Shown piece by piece: positions 1 through 12,255 of a DNA stretch of 64,000 bases (the stretch's first letter is position 1; each line of letters begins with the position of its first letter). Both the position numbers and the translations under genes were made by a program. Below the pieces are notes generated by a model. That model was not told where the DNA came from, made no database searches, and worked only from the letters and a program-made list of their open reading frames with translations. Origin of the DNA: Podarcis filfolensis (lineage: Eukaryota); NCBI GenBank assembly GCA_964270895.1, contig OZ185436.1; one strand, 5' to 3'.

Positions 1-269
1 ATAGAAGTTAATGGACGTGGCAAAGATGGACCCATTAATTTCAGTGGGCCTGCTTTGAATACCACAGTTTTTCATTTTTGTATCTGTTTTGTTGCATGCA
101 GCAATAGCTTTCCCTTTTGTCAGGGTGCTCAGATGCAAAGGAGAGTGACAGGACTCTTGTGTCGTCTTTTAATATTTTATGTTAGAAGAGGGATGCTGCT
201 TGTTCTGCAGGGCTGGAAGAAAGCTACTTCTTCTGCATTTCCCATTTTTATGCAAATGTCACAGGCTGC

Positions 270-760
270 ATTTAGAACACATTTAAAGCACACCCACCCA
301 CCCACCTGGGAATTATAGTTGTTAAGGGTGCTGGGAATTGTAGCTCTGTAATGGGTAAACCACAGAGCCTAGGACTTGCCGATCAGAAGGTTGGCGGTTT
401 GAATCCCCGTGGCAGGGTGAACTCCCGTTGCTCGGTCCCTGCTCCTGCCAACCTAGCAGTTCGAAAGCACGTCAAAGTGCAAGTAGATAAATAGATACCG
501 CTCCGGCGGGAAGGTAAACGGCGTTTCTGTGCACTGCTCTGGTTCACCAAAAGCGGCTTAGTCATGCTGGCCACATGACCCGGAAGCTGTATGCCAGCTC
601 CCTCAGCCAATAAAGCGAGATGAGCGCCGCAACCCCAGAGTCGGTCATGACTGGACCTAATGGTCAGGGGTCCCTTTGCCTTTACTTTAATGGGTAAACT
701 ACAGTTCTTAGCATTCTTGGTGGGTGGGTGCGCGCGCAAACACTTTAAATGTATGGTGTA
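270..760. mobile_element. MITE-like element interrupted by a Sauria SINE
   Basis: Inverted ends acacatttaaagc and actttaaatgtatggtgt; internal ctgggaattgtag / ctacagttc inverted motifs; related element at about 50420-50650. Confidence 0.55.
361..687 (+). mobile_element. Sauria SINE, 5'-truncated
   Basis: Same body as the copies at 16313, 49102 and 62731; cttt-type tail; 12-bp TSD taatgggtaaac (349-360, 688-699). Confidence 0.92.
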
Positions 761-885
761 TATCATTAACTCTAATCTTTTCACTGGGCCATCTGATACC
801 CTATTAGGGTTGCCAGCTTTTCAATGAGCTGAGCCGCTGTAATGCTGCTTTTGAACAGCTGCTTGATTTTCAGAAATTAACAGAT

Positions 886-908
886 ACACACACACACACA
901 CACACACA
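886..908. repeat. (CA)n microsatellite
   Basis: Directly visible. Confidence 0.9.
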
Positions 909-1875
909 CCCCCATGGAAATAAGGGCTGCAACCTACATTTCATCTCCATATTGAAAAAGCTTCACTTGCTGATTTTCAAAGCTGCTGCTAAAGGCACAA
1001 GAACAGGCCGTGCCATGGTTCCCTCTGGTCATCTGGCAACTCTGCCCCCTGCTCCTTTTTTGCCCTTCTCCCTGGAGACACAGATGTGAGCTGCACAGAG
1101 TGGCAGTGCTTCTCTGTGGCAACAGACAGGATTGTGTTAACAGAGCAAGATAACTGAACAAGACCAATCTGGTAGCTATTTATACCCAGAAAGCCATTCT
1201 CTCCTCCCCTCACACCCCCACTGTTCACTGCTGCCTGGAAACTCAGGAGTACAGTTCCCAATGAAAGCAGCACAAACAGGGTAATTATCTACTGATGATC
1301 TAAAATGAACCAAAATGCTGCAGGCTGGAATTAAAGAGGAGAATTGATGCTGCCAGGAGGAGCAGAGTGATATCTGTGGTGGCACAGAGCCATGTGCAAA
1401 GGGCTGGACCCCTGGCTTCTGGGGCTGGGTTGACCCTAGTTTACGAGACGCGTCCTCTGTGTTGAATCTTCACTTTATTTAAAATTATGAGGAAGGCGAT
1501 CACTTTGACTCCACCCTGCCTAAAACATAATAAAAAGAGGGGTACTCTATGAAGGGATTTGTCCCTCTCAAACTACATAAATACGTAAACATAAAATGAT
1601 AATAGCAAAATAGATTAATGTTATCAATCAGTTTGCTATCTTATGCTTGTGTAATGTTCATGCATCCTGGTCAGTACGGGGCAGTGTTTTGGCTTATAGG
1701 GTGTAAAAATAGGCTCCTAACAGTGGCCCAACATCCCTTGTGTCCTGCAAAGCTTACCCCAGTAGCCTATGTGTTTTCACAATTCCTGCTACAGGAATGG
1801 TGGAGAGCTTCCTTGCCCACGGCTGTAAGTTGGTAAGCAGCAGTCTTGGGTGGAAGGAAGGACTAGGTCTCAGCC

Positions 1876-2011
1876 CAGGCTTCCTCAACCTCGGCCCTCC
1901 AGATGTTTTGAGACTACAATTCCCATCATCCCTGACCACTGGTCCTGCTAGCTAGGGATCATGGGAGTTGTAGGCCAAAATCATCTGGAGTGCCAAGGTT
2001 GAGGAAGCCTG
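1876..2011. mobile_element. hAT-type MITE
   Basis: 16-bp TIR caggcttcctcaacct / aggttgaggaagcctg; degenerate 8-bp TSD tctcagcc / tcctagcc. Confidence 0.8.
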
Positions 2012-4380
2012 TCCTAGCCTGTTGCATCTAGCTCTGTAACTAGCTTTACCATGGTGGCTTATTCCCTCCCTGCAGCTGAATTCCTTCACTCAACACATAA
2101 TTAGCTAATCTTCCTTACAGTGTTGCTGAGGGGAGAGGAAAAAAATGTAGTCTTGGTTCAGATGCTGGATTCTGAATGCTCAGAGAGGCATTTTGTATGG
2201 CATCACCTGCACCTATAGTTAAGCTTAGTTTTGGATTTATGGTTGAATATCTACCATAGTCGTTGATGAATGGGTCCCCTAGCATCCCTCCCCCCCCCCA
2301 CACTTTAAAGCGGCTCTGCTTTAATCCAGGTGGTCAGTTCTAGAGTCAAAAGTCATCGATCTAAAGTGGTCTCCTTTATGCTTCAGTGGTGTTGCGTGTT
2401 AAGGAGTCGTTCTATTCTGCTCTGCCTCTAATTATAACAGTGAAGGTCTGGTGTGCCTTTTCCAATCCATCTATTCAAACCTTTTCATGCTCATTGAATA
2501 ATTCAGTCGCTCGCTATTCATAAAAGAGGCATGCCTTTTATGCAACTGCATTTATGTTGTGACTTCTAGAAAGATGGAGAGCTGAAAGCAGGCGAGCAAT
2601 TTGGACCCTTCCTGATGGAATGAGTGGGAGGTTCTGGCTGAGCAGAGCAAGAAGCAGAGAGTCCTTGTTTTTCTTCCCCAGCACGACTCTTTATTGACTG
2701 GAACAGCTCTTCAAGGAGTCTCATGATCCCAGGGCCTGTTGGTGGACGAGTCTGAATAATCTCTTAACAGAGGCTATGCAGTATTAAATCCCCATAAGTC
2801 TGCACTTTCTGAAACAAAGCCTCCATGGCCCATGCAATCATTCAGCTGCCTGTTCTGGACGACAGCATTTCCAGGGAGGGCTGGGAAGGTCTCCTGCCTG
2901 AAACACAGGAAAGCCACTGCCTGTGTGACAGCTAGGTAGACCAATTGTCTGACAAGGCAGCTTCCTATGCATACAGCCCAACCTGGAGATTTCAGGGATC
3001 AAACATGGAACCTTCTGCATGTGAATGTTCTGCCAAGAGCAGAGGTTCTTTTAGGGTTCAGACAAGGCAAAGAACACACAGGTTGTTCCTTGAGAAACAG
3101 ATTTTATTTACAGGCAGGATGAGAAAACAAAACAAGGAACAAAGAGGAAAGCAAAAGGCAGGTTATGTCCATTCTGTTGCTGGGAACCCCCTCAGAACAA
3201 CCATGGTTGGACTCAGTGGCATTCAATCAGTGGACCAGGGGACTAGGCTAGTGCCCTAAATGTTCCCCTGGTGCCTCCCTCCCAAAGCCTGGGAAGCTTC
3301 TGCCCTGCCCTCAGGGAAGGATGTGTGATGTTCTGATGGGTCCAAGAGCCCTCCCATCACCAAGAGCCCTCCCATCACCTCCCATCACCTCCAAGAGCAT
3401 CATGTCAGAGACCTGGCTCCTCCTTCCCAAAGCCTGGGAAACTTTTGCCTGGCTTAGAGAGGGAGGCGCAGTGCTCATGCTTGCAACACCGCCCCCCATT
3501 GTCCTCACAAGCTGGCGCCTCTATGAAAATTTTCACCACATTCCACTGGTACCTTGTAAGCTGGCCTTTGGCTTGGCCTTCTAAGATCTATTGGAGGACA
3601 CTGTGCCATTGCCTGATGTTTTATGGTTCTCAGCTGGTTCATTGTTTTTGTAAGCTGCCTTAGGAGACATTTTAAATAAAGGATCCAACCCTCCCTCACT
3701 TTATCCCAGCGGTGCTCTATCCCAACTATCACTTTTCTCCTAGCCCAGCTCAAATACTGGAGAGAGAAATCAGACAGAGAGATTAGAGAGGATACAATTA
3801 AGAGAAAGACTAAGATGGTAGACTTGGCCAGGTGAACCAAAGGAGATCTTAGGTGGCAATTAAGTAACAGTGTGAGAGTTGCTTGCTCCTTCCATGGACA
3901 CATATATAGGAACATTCATGTCTTTGGATGGAGGGCTGAATTTTAATAAGTGCAACCAGGAGAGATTATCATCAGAGTGAGCAGGTAAGGCATTATCAAG
4001 AGACAGAGAAATTTAGGGGCAGTAGTTCTGCAGGGCGGAATGGATGGAATAGATAGCCTAGAATTAGAGAGAGGTCAGGAGTCAAAGCCACGTGGTGGAA
4101 CAAAGTCTGGTTTCGACAAAGGATGCCACTTCTTAAGGTTGTAAAGTGGGTGGGGATAATTAATGGTGGTGGCTCTGCCCATGTAGTCCTCATTTACAAG
4201 CACATAACTGCTGCACGTGTGAATAGGGCCTGCCCAGGTAAATTTTGTCCCTAAACCCTCCTGCACAGCACACTCTTAAAACCAGCAACTGACTAGTCAA
4301 TTAATGAAAGCCATGATAGCTCTTCTGCAACTTCCTTACCTGAAAAACTATGCATGTATAATAGCAGGCATCTCTGTGTC

Positions 4381-4660
4381 ATGGGGTGAGCTCCTGTTGT
4401 TCGGTCCCAGCTCCTGCCCACCTAGCAGTTCAAAGTGCAAGTAGAGAAATAGGTACTGCTCTGGTGGGAAGGTAAACGGCATTTCTGTGCGCTGCTCTGG
4501 TTCGCCAGAAGTGGCTTAGTCATGCTGGCCACATGACCCGGAAGCTGTCTGCAGACAAACGCTGATTCCCTTGGCCTATAGAGCAAGATGAGTGCGCAAC
4601 CCCAGAGTTGTCTGCAACTGGACCTAATGGTGAGGTGTACCTTTACCTTTACCTTTTACC
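4381..4660 (+). mobile_element. Sauria SINE, 5'-truncated
   Basis: Diverged match to the other copies; (accttt)n tail. Confidence 0.88.
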
Positions 4661-5399
4661 GTGTCTTGTGTGCAGATATGTGTATGCTGTCTCAGCTCAT
4701 CTTGATGTGCTTAGATCACCCAATTTGGTCATTTTTTGGGGGGGGTGGGAATTCTTCTCTTCCTTTAGTGTTCAATTAACCAATCTGATTTAACCAACAT
4801 CACTTGAATGGAATAGCTGGCATTAATTTATTGAGGTGTGAAATCCAATTATGGAACCATTTGGTCCTTCAAGAGAGCATAACAAACTGAATCTATGTAG
4901 AGACAGCTTCTGGTGCCCTTCTCTCTCTCTGTCAACCCCCCCCCCCCACTGTTTCCTTTCTAATTCTTGTGGCAAATTGGGATGGAGAAGAAGGAAGGAC
5001 TTTGACATTGCCTGGTGAGTAAGCAGCTGCTTGTAGGGTACATTGCTGTTAGCATGAAGGAACAGCTCAGCCTCTTTGCTGGGGACCCGAAAGGAGCCTT
5101 ATCCCAAGCCAAGCACTCGCAGAGCATACTTCATTTCACGGATATAATTCCACAGCCCTTGAGCCAAAAGTAAGGAAGTAACTAGGGCCAGTTCAATACA
5201 TTTTGCTGTGTGAGGCACAGTACAAGATGATGCCACTTCCCTTCCACATACACCCCCTTCCACATACAGAAGTCAACTGGACTAGCACAGCATGGTCCAC
5301 CGCAACTGAAAGCAGCAGGCCACTTAAGGGGGCACCTGACATGCACAGAGCATAAACTATAGAGTTTGCTCCCACAAGAGGTAGTGATGACCACCAATT

Positions 5400-5612
5400 T
5401 GGGAGGCTTTAAAAAGAGGATTAGACAAATACATGGTGGGTAAATCTACCAATAGCCACTAGTCAACAATACCTATGTTCTATGACCACTGCCAGAGGCA
5501 GTATGCCTCTAAATACTGTTTGGGGAGTGTTGTTCTGCTTTCAGTGGTTTACCACAATGTGAGAACAGAGTTTTGGACTGGGTAGGCCTTTAGGCAGGTC
5601 CAACAGGGCCCT
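5400..5612 (+). mobile_element. Old CR1-like LINE 3' fragment
   Basis: ttaaaaagaggattagacaaatacatgg ... ggactgggtaggccttt ... tccaacagggc resembles squamate CR1 3' ends; recognition only. Confidence 0.5.
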
Positions 5613-5620
5613 TCTTCTTA

Positions 5621-6144
5621 TCTAGATAAAGGTAGGTAGCCGTTTTGGTCTGCCATAGTCGAAACAAAATAAAAAAAAATCCTTCCAGTAGCACTTTAGA
5701 GACCACCTAAGTTTGTTATTGGTATGAGCTTTCGTGTGCATGCACACTTCTTCAGATACACTGAAACAGACCCTTAGATAGAGTGAGAGGGTGGGGAGGG
5801 GTATTACTCAGAAGGGTGGTGGGAATGGGTGATTGGCTGATAGGTGTGGTAAACCTGTTGACGACTGACTGTTAACGGCTGCAATTAGTCTTACAGGAAA
5901 AAGCAAGCCGTGAGATGACTGAAAATAGCTTTATCATGTATAATGAGATAAGAATCCAATGTCTCTATTCAGACCAGGTCTCTCCGTGGTTTTAAGTTTG
6001 GTAATAAGTAATTCAGCAACTTCTCTTTCCAATCTATTTCTGAAATTATTTTGTAATATGACAGCTATTTTGAGATCTTGTATAGAATGTCCTGGGAGAC
6101 TGAAGTGTTCTCCTACTGGTTTCTCTGTCTTGTGATTCCTGATG
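5621..6144 (-). mobile_element. Truncated Penelope-like element: GIY-YIG endonuclease C-terminus plus pseudo-LTR
   Basis: Minus frame 6146 to 5934 reads DIRNHKTEKPVGEHFSLPGHSIQDLKIAVILQNNFRNRLEREVAELLITKLKTTERPGLNRDIGFLSHYT*. Hammerhead downstream; 8-bp TSD-like tcttctta (5613-5620, 6145-6152). Confidence 0.85.
5722..5759 (-). ncRNA. Minimal type I hammerhead ribozyme
   Basis: Minus strand GUAU CUGAAGA A GUGUGCAUGCACAC GAAA GCU C AUAC: intact core, palindromic stem II, AGCU stem III, 4-bp stem I. Confidence 0.85.
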
Positions 6145-6658
6145 TCTTCTTACCTGTTCTTCTGTACCTCTTCACTGTTCCCTGCCATTCAGCATTCGCT
6201 GCCAGAAGCAACTGCCTCACCGTGCCCCAGAATTAAGTGTATACTGGTGCTAGCAGGACAATTCTAAACCCATTAGCTCAGCTGTACTGATCAAGACTTA
6301 CCTTTCGGTGGAGGTATATAGAGGAAGACTATGACTGAAGACCAAAGTAGACAGAAGGGACATGAGGCATGGTTCCCATTGTTTGGCCTCATATAGGTTT
6401 TTTTTTGTTTTGTTTAGAAAACAGCAACAACAAATGATTGGTGTGGTGGGGAAACATTATGATTACATAAATTTATTAACATTTCTATTAAAATACCAAC
6501 AAAAAAGAGGAAGTAATAACTCTTAGCACAAATGAGGGAAATTGGGTAAGCACATATCTCTGAAAGTTAGCAGCAAAATGCAGAAGCCAAAGATGAAAAA
6601 TAAAACAAATAGATAGGAGTAATGGCTATGCCTCAAATCGTCAAATACACAGAGGTGG

Positions 6659-6659
6659 A

Positions 6660-6710
<51 letters not shown>
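6659..6710. repeat. (AAAG)n microsatellite
   Basis: Directly visible. Confidence 0.95.
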
Positions 6711-6712
<2 letters not shown>

Positions 6713-7084
6713 TCATTCAAGCGTAGCAAAACCCATCATTCTCTGAAATAATGATGTGATAATTTTGAATGAAAATGCCCTAATAAATCTCACAGCAAGT
6801 TCAGTGCAAATCAAAACTAGATGGCAACATTTTAACAAAGGTTGTGATGTATTTATGATAACTTTGAAAAATAAATTTCATGTCAAACTTGCAAGGGGAC
6901 AAAGATGAAGTGTTGCAAGGGGAAGCATAAAGTATTACAAGAAAGACTCCTTGCCAGAGCAACAAGAGGGCAGATTTTTATTCTCTCATCTCTGCCCTAC
7001 CTACCTCTCTTTCAGGTACTGGCACTTTGTTTCTTCTTTGTCCCGCATTCTGCTCATATGTCATTGTTCCTCACCATGTAATCT

Positions 7085-7215
7085 ATTAAGAACACAAGAC
7101 ATAAGGACAAAATAAGAGCCATGCTGGATCAGGCCAGTGGCCCGACTAGTCCAGCATCCTGTTCTCACCAGATACCTATAGGAAGTCCGCATGCAGGACT
7201 TGAGTGCAATGGCAC
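7085..7215 (-). mobile_element. CR1-like LINE 3' end fragment
   Basis: ataagagccatgctggatcaggccagtggcccgactagtccagcatcctgttctca is typical of reverse-strand squamate CR1 ends; related remnant at about 15858-15960. Confidence 0.65.
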
Positions 7216-10200
7216 TCACCTAGGGTGCCAGCTTGAATAAAGTATTGGGGGTCCCAGAAAGCCCTGCCTCGCATAATCACTCACAATACGTGGCACATGC
7301 ACACCATTTAAATGGCACTTCCCATCAACTTTGGAGCCCCTGGCCCCCTCAAATATTTTATGGGAGGGGCAAAAGGACCTTGGTCACTAAGAGTTGGCTC
7401 CTGTGGCACTTGCCCCACTTGTATTATAGATCACTTTAGGCTGGCACTTCACATGTATTATTTCAGTGTTCCTTAAAACAATCCCCTATATTGTAAATGA
7501 AATAATTTTGCGGTGAGAAGATGACTTGTGGATTTTTAAATTTTATTTTTAAAAAACATTTTTTCATTAGGCAACATCAGCATCCTCTTTATCCTGGCCT
7601 TTTTTGGAATTATGTTCTAGTGGGTAATATTAAATGTTTAAAGAAATATGGGAAGTAGAGAGGTTACCTCCTTCAAAATCAAGAATGACACGCATGCCTC
7701 TGAATTATGTGGATCCCTTCCTCTGACTGTTCATAATAACCATTTCTGTTATTATATGAAACAACTCATATTCTTCTTGTTAAGGATTCTTTGGGTGTCT
7801 TCCCAGGCTTCTTGCAGCTGATTGTTAGATTGTTCTTACATTTGGAAATGTATCTTAGCACAAAATAATTTTCTGGTGATAGCAGGAATGAGATAACTGG
7901 ATATTTTCCAAAGGTTATGCAGAAGTTGTGATTAAAATTTCAGTAGCTGAAATTGCTCTGCTTAGATTTTTCATAAATACATATAAACCCATTTCCCCCC
8001 TCCATTTTTTTGCCCACCATTGGGAATATGCATTTACACACACACACTTTTCAGAAATATCTCGTCATTCTAGAACATACTGAGATTAGATTAAATAGTA
8101 ATATTTAAATATGCATGGGTCAAGGGATATTTTGATAATGTGCATTTATCTAAATGGCATTGTGACATCCCAAACGATTGACTAATCACATTTTCAGCAG
8201 CTAAACCAGGCTGCAGTAGTGCAAACTCTGTACTGCATAGGATAGTAACCATTTCTGTCAAGTTTACATCTGTGGAAATCGACTGTAATAATTCTTGTCA
8301 ATTTTTCTTCTAAGGGCTATTTTTTTCATCACAGTATTTTCCCTGATGAGAAAAAGCAAACCTGGTGAAATTGTCTCTTCTAGGCAACCCTTAAAGGTGC
8401 AGCAATATTCCTTTCAAGCCTTCAGAAAAAAATATAATTGTTAAATTTAAGCACAGCCCCCACATTGTGAAAAATATAGAATGGATTCCCTGGAAGTTGT
8501 ATGTGTGAAGTCTCACACAGAGAGCATCAAGGCTGTTCCAGGATGTTTCTCATTCCATTCCCGGTCTTTTGCCTGAGTTGTGGATGATGGAGGAGGAGTG
8601 TTCCCTCGGCTATGGAAGCTATCCTTGGAGGATGCCAGGATTATTTGATATCTGGCACACAGTTAGGAGGGAAAAGGTCAGAGGGAATGCCATCACCAAG
8701 CCAAGCTGCTAGAGAAACCCTGCCCTGCCTGCCAGAGTACTGTCTTAGCAAGACTGCCTTTGAAGCTGTGTTTATCAAGCCAAGCAAATGGCAGCAATCT
8801 TGGGGATATGGAGAAGATATAAGGCATTGAGAGCCGGGGGAAGGGAGATATAGAGAAGTTGCTGTCACCTGGGCTGGGGCATCTACTAGCTGTTATTAGC
8901 TGCTGGGTTCTAACTGTACAACCCTGAATAGTGGGAAGAGCCACCTTGGTCAACCGTATGATTTGTTTTTTCCCTTTGAAGAATTTCAGCTTTCACCCTA
9001 AAATGGAAATCTGTCGGATGTTAGTGTTTTAGGCTGCATACAATTGCAGCCCAGTTCTCAAAAGAATATAAACTTGGAATTCCCAAGCTAGGCCTGACTC
9101 ATTCTAACAATGGCTGGCCCAAAGCCTCAGGGAAGTTTATAGTCAGAGTGAGATGCTGTCATCCATTCCCTGTTGTGAGTCTGCACGATCTAGCAGCTAG
9201 AGGTAAATGATGTGGTTTTTTTGTGGGGTGGTGGTGGTAAGATCACAAAGCTCTTGTTGAAATATCATACACATAAGGCATTGGCAAGATTTTTTCTAAA
9301 AAATGCATCTAATTTACATGGAAGGGGTAAATCTGAATTAAAGGGAGAAAACAATACAGACTGGCATTTTGATGACAATGATTTCATATGAATGCAGTAA
9401 AAAAAACCAAGCAACCTTGTATGCATGAGATGCACCGATCCCACAATAAAGATCTCTTGTTTCCCTGAACATGGATGAGATATGGGGAATGGTGGATTCA
9501 AACTGCAGCAGAGTCCCTGGCAAAGCTGCCCGATTATTTCATCGCGTGTCCAACTATCCAGTTAGCCATCAGTGAGCTGAATGGAGAAACAAATGTACTT
9601 GGCTCCACTGTGTAAGGCTGACAAGTAATTCAGGCACATTATAAACAAACAAACGAGCACTTTAGCACATCCTCAGCTGAAAAGCAAATCCATTCAACCC
9701 ACACCTGGGCACACACACAATAGGTCCCATGAATTGGCCCGTAGTCTGCCTTCTTTCCATTGAAATCCACTGTTTCTTTTCGCCCTCTTCCGTGTTATAT
9801 TGAAACCATTGTTTCTGTTACTTGACGGTTTGCAGTCATAAAGACCTTCAGCAGAAAAACGGCAGTGTTTGCCAAGGTCAGTAAAGTCGACTTCAGTGAT
9901 CAGAAAATACTCCCTGGATGCATGTATGTTGCAGAAGGTTTACCTCCTTTTCAACATTTTGAAGCATTGAATATATGGCAAGATGGGGAAGGTTCCCAGG
10001 ACATGTTCTGAAGGTATATGACGCCACTACTTTGATAAATCTAAGTGGGCCTGGGTCTGGTAAGTGCGTCGATCGGTGGCCCTCTGGGAACCACATGGAT
10101 CTCACCTTGGGTTCAGTGATGGAGGAAAGGCTGTCAATGTCAGAAAATAAATACATACATGAATATAGGTGAGGTGAAGTGTGGTTCCACTTCATACACT

Positions 10201-10325
10201 TGCAGCCTGCATTGCACTAGGGAAGTATTTCAGCTCAATGGACCAAGGTGAAAGACCAGTAGATTTACCTCTGAATATAATAAGTTTATTCTGGCTGGTA
10301 ACCTGTTCCATTTTTGTCTCTGCAG

Positions 10326-10380
10326 TGAGGCTTCATGACAGCATATCAGAGGAGGCACACCACTACCTGATATTTGACCT
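10326..10380 (+). CDS. CAMK2A: CAMK2A exon 4 (55 nt) (V)RLHDSISEEAHHYLIFDL
   Basis: tttttgtctctgcag acceptor, gtaagt donor, CaMKII peptide including gatekeeper Phe. Confidence 0.97.
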
Positions 10381-11392
10381 GTAAGTAATGGCGGAACATG
10401 AATAAATCTTCATATGCATGTTAAGTACTCTTTGAATCACTACGGGAGCATTACCTCTCAGACACACACACCGTTTGAGAGCTACTCAGTCCAAAGTGGA
10501 CTTAGATCATAGAGTTTCTCCACCCACCTACTGAAAAGTGAACGTGGTGTGATGGAGCCATTTTTCCACATGCCTCATGCACACATTTTCTGTCTCTCTA
10601 CCATCACGAGGCAAACAGATACTTTGGAATGAGTCAAAACCCTGCAAAACCCATTTGACAAGAGACAAATAAATTGGTGTGTAGTGCATCACAGACTACA
10701 ATGGCTCTGCCAAACAACCTTCAACTTCCTTAAAAGCTGTCTCCAGGTTACGTTGGTGCCCTATCACAGTTGGATATCAGTGTTGGGTAGCTTGTGTCCA
10801 ACCCTTTTAGAAAGCAGAGCAGCTAAGTGGCTTGGATTTCGCAAAGCGTTTTGCAGCATCCAGCTTTAAGAGAATTAGCACTGCTCTTTATGCAGATCAG
10901 CCCTTCAAGCTTCTTAGAGCAACAATTAGCATATTGAATGTGAAGTCCCTGGAGGACCAGCTGCTCTTGCACTGTTCTCCAAATCCTTTAAGAGATCCTG
11001 CCTGGCGCTGCAGTTTTTCTTTGTTACTCCTTTGAGACAGAGGGGTTTGGCATCCAAGACGGCGCTGATACATCTCCCGTTCCAACCTGTTCCTTCTCAG
11101 GCTGCTCTTAATTTCTCCTTCCTATCCAGCAAGCAAAATCACAGTAGGAATGCTCCACGAGAAATTTTAAGAAGGCTAGCGAGGAAGTAGTGAGGTTGGC
11201 AAGGTCACTTGAGAGGGGATTGCTGTTCTGCATGCTTAGCATATGGCCCACACGAGGCAAGATATTAAGACAACAAAGGGGAAATGGTGATAGCCCATTT
11301 CATCATTTCCTCCAGAATTACGGTCCTACAGTTTGCAGAATGAGGCAAAAAAATCTGATAGGATGAATAGCACTGCTAGCTATGGTAGAATA

Positions 11393-11578
11393 ATAGAATT
11401 ATAGAACTGTATAGAACTGCAAGGGACCCTGAGGGTCATCCTAATCCAACCCTCTGCAATGCAGAAATCTCAACTAAAGCATCCATGGCAGATGTCCGTC
11501 CAATCTCTGCATAAAAATCCCCAAGGAAGGAGAATCCACCATTTTTCCACAGCTCTTACCATCAGAAAGTTCTTCCTC
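11393..11578 (-). mobile_element. CR1 LINE 3' end
   Basis: (atagaat)-type tail then aagggaccctgagggtcatc ... tccaaccctctgcaatgcag; related remnant at about 54945-55010. Confidence 0.75.
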
Positions 11579-11905
11579 CAACCTTCTGCATACAAAGTGT
11601 GTGCTCAGAGCTGTTTTCATCAATAAAATACATTTTGTATCTCATTGCCACTAATACAGGCATTCTTATGGGTGCTTTACCCTAGTATATGGTTTAAAAA
11701 AATAATGTATACATTACTTGGCTGCAGAACTTCATTGCAAAATTCAGAGAAGTGTGCATTTCAAAAGATGGTTCTTTGTTTTGTGTGTTACTTGGGAAAG
11801 TGTGGGTTTAGCGCACCCCCCCCCTTTAAACGTGAACTGCCTTGACTTTCTCCTCCGTCCCTTGCAGCAGGAGGATGTCTGGAGCTGGGACTGATTCCTC
11901 TTTAA

Positions 11906-12001
<96 letters not shown>

Positions 12002-12184
12002 TAAGTGCCTAGGAAAAACTGTACAACACTTCATCTCTGAGGCTGACAGGCAACAAGGCTGAGAACCTGCTGCTTATCTCTATCTCTGTCACTGATTAGT
12101 TTTGCCTTCAATCTTTTTGTATTGCTACACTATGCTTCTTGTCATGTAAGCAGGCAGTGTCCAACAACAATACAAAATACAGTG

Positions 12185-12190
<6 letters not shown>

Positions 12191-12254
<64 letters not shown>
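12191..12254. repeat. Compound (CT)n(GT)n microsatellite
   Basis: Directly visible. Confidence 0.95.

Positions 12255-12255
<1 letters not shown>

Noticed and set aside
383-784. ORFs MKRLELM...KVKGPLTIRSS (also 16214-16540, 4588-4793, 49088-49429)
   Set aside because: Chance frames through non-coding Sauria SINEs; their mutual similarity reflects the repeat.
1-10325. CAMK2A exons 1-3 (for example [20 protein letters not shown])
   Set aside because: No matching sequence found by eye; this stretch is treated as intron 3, with earlier exons outside the window.
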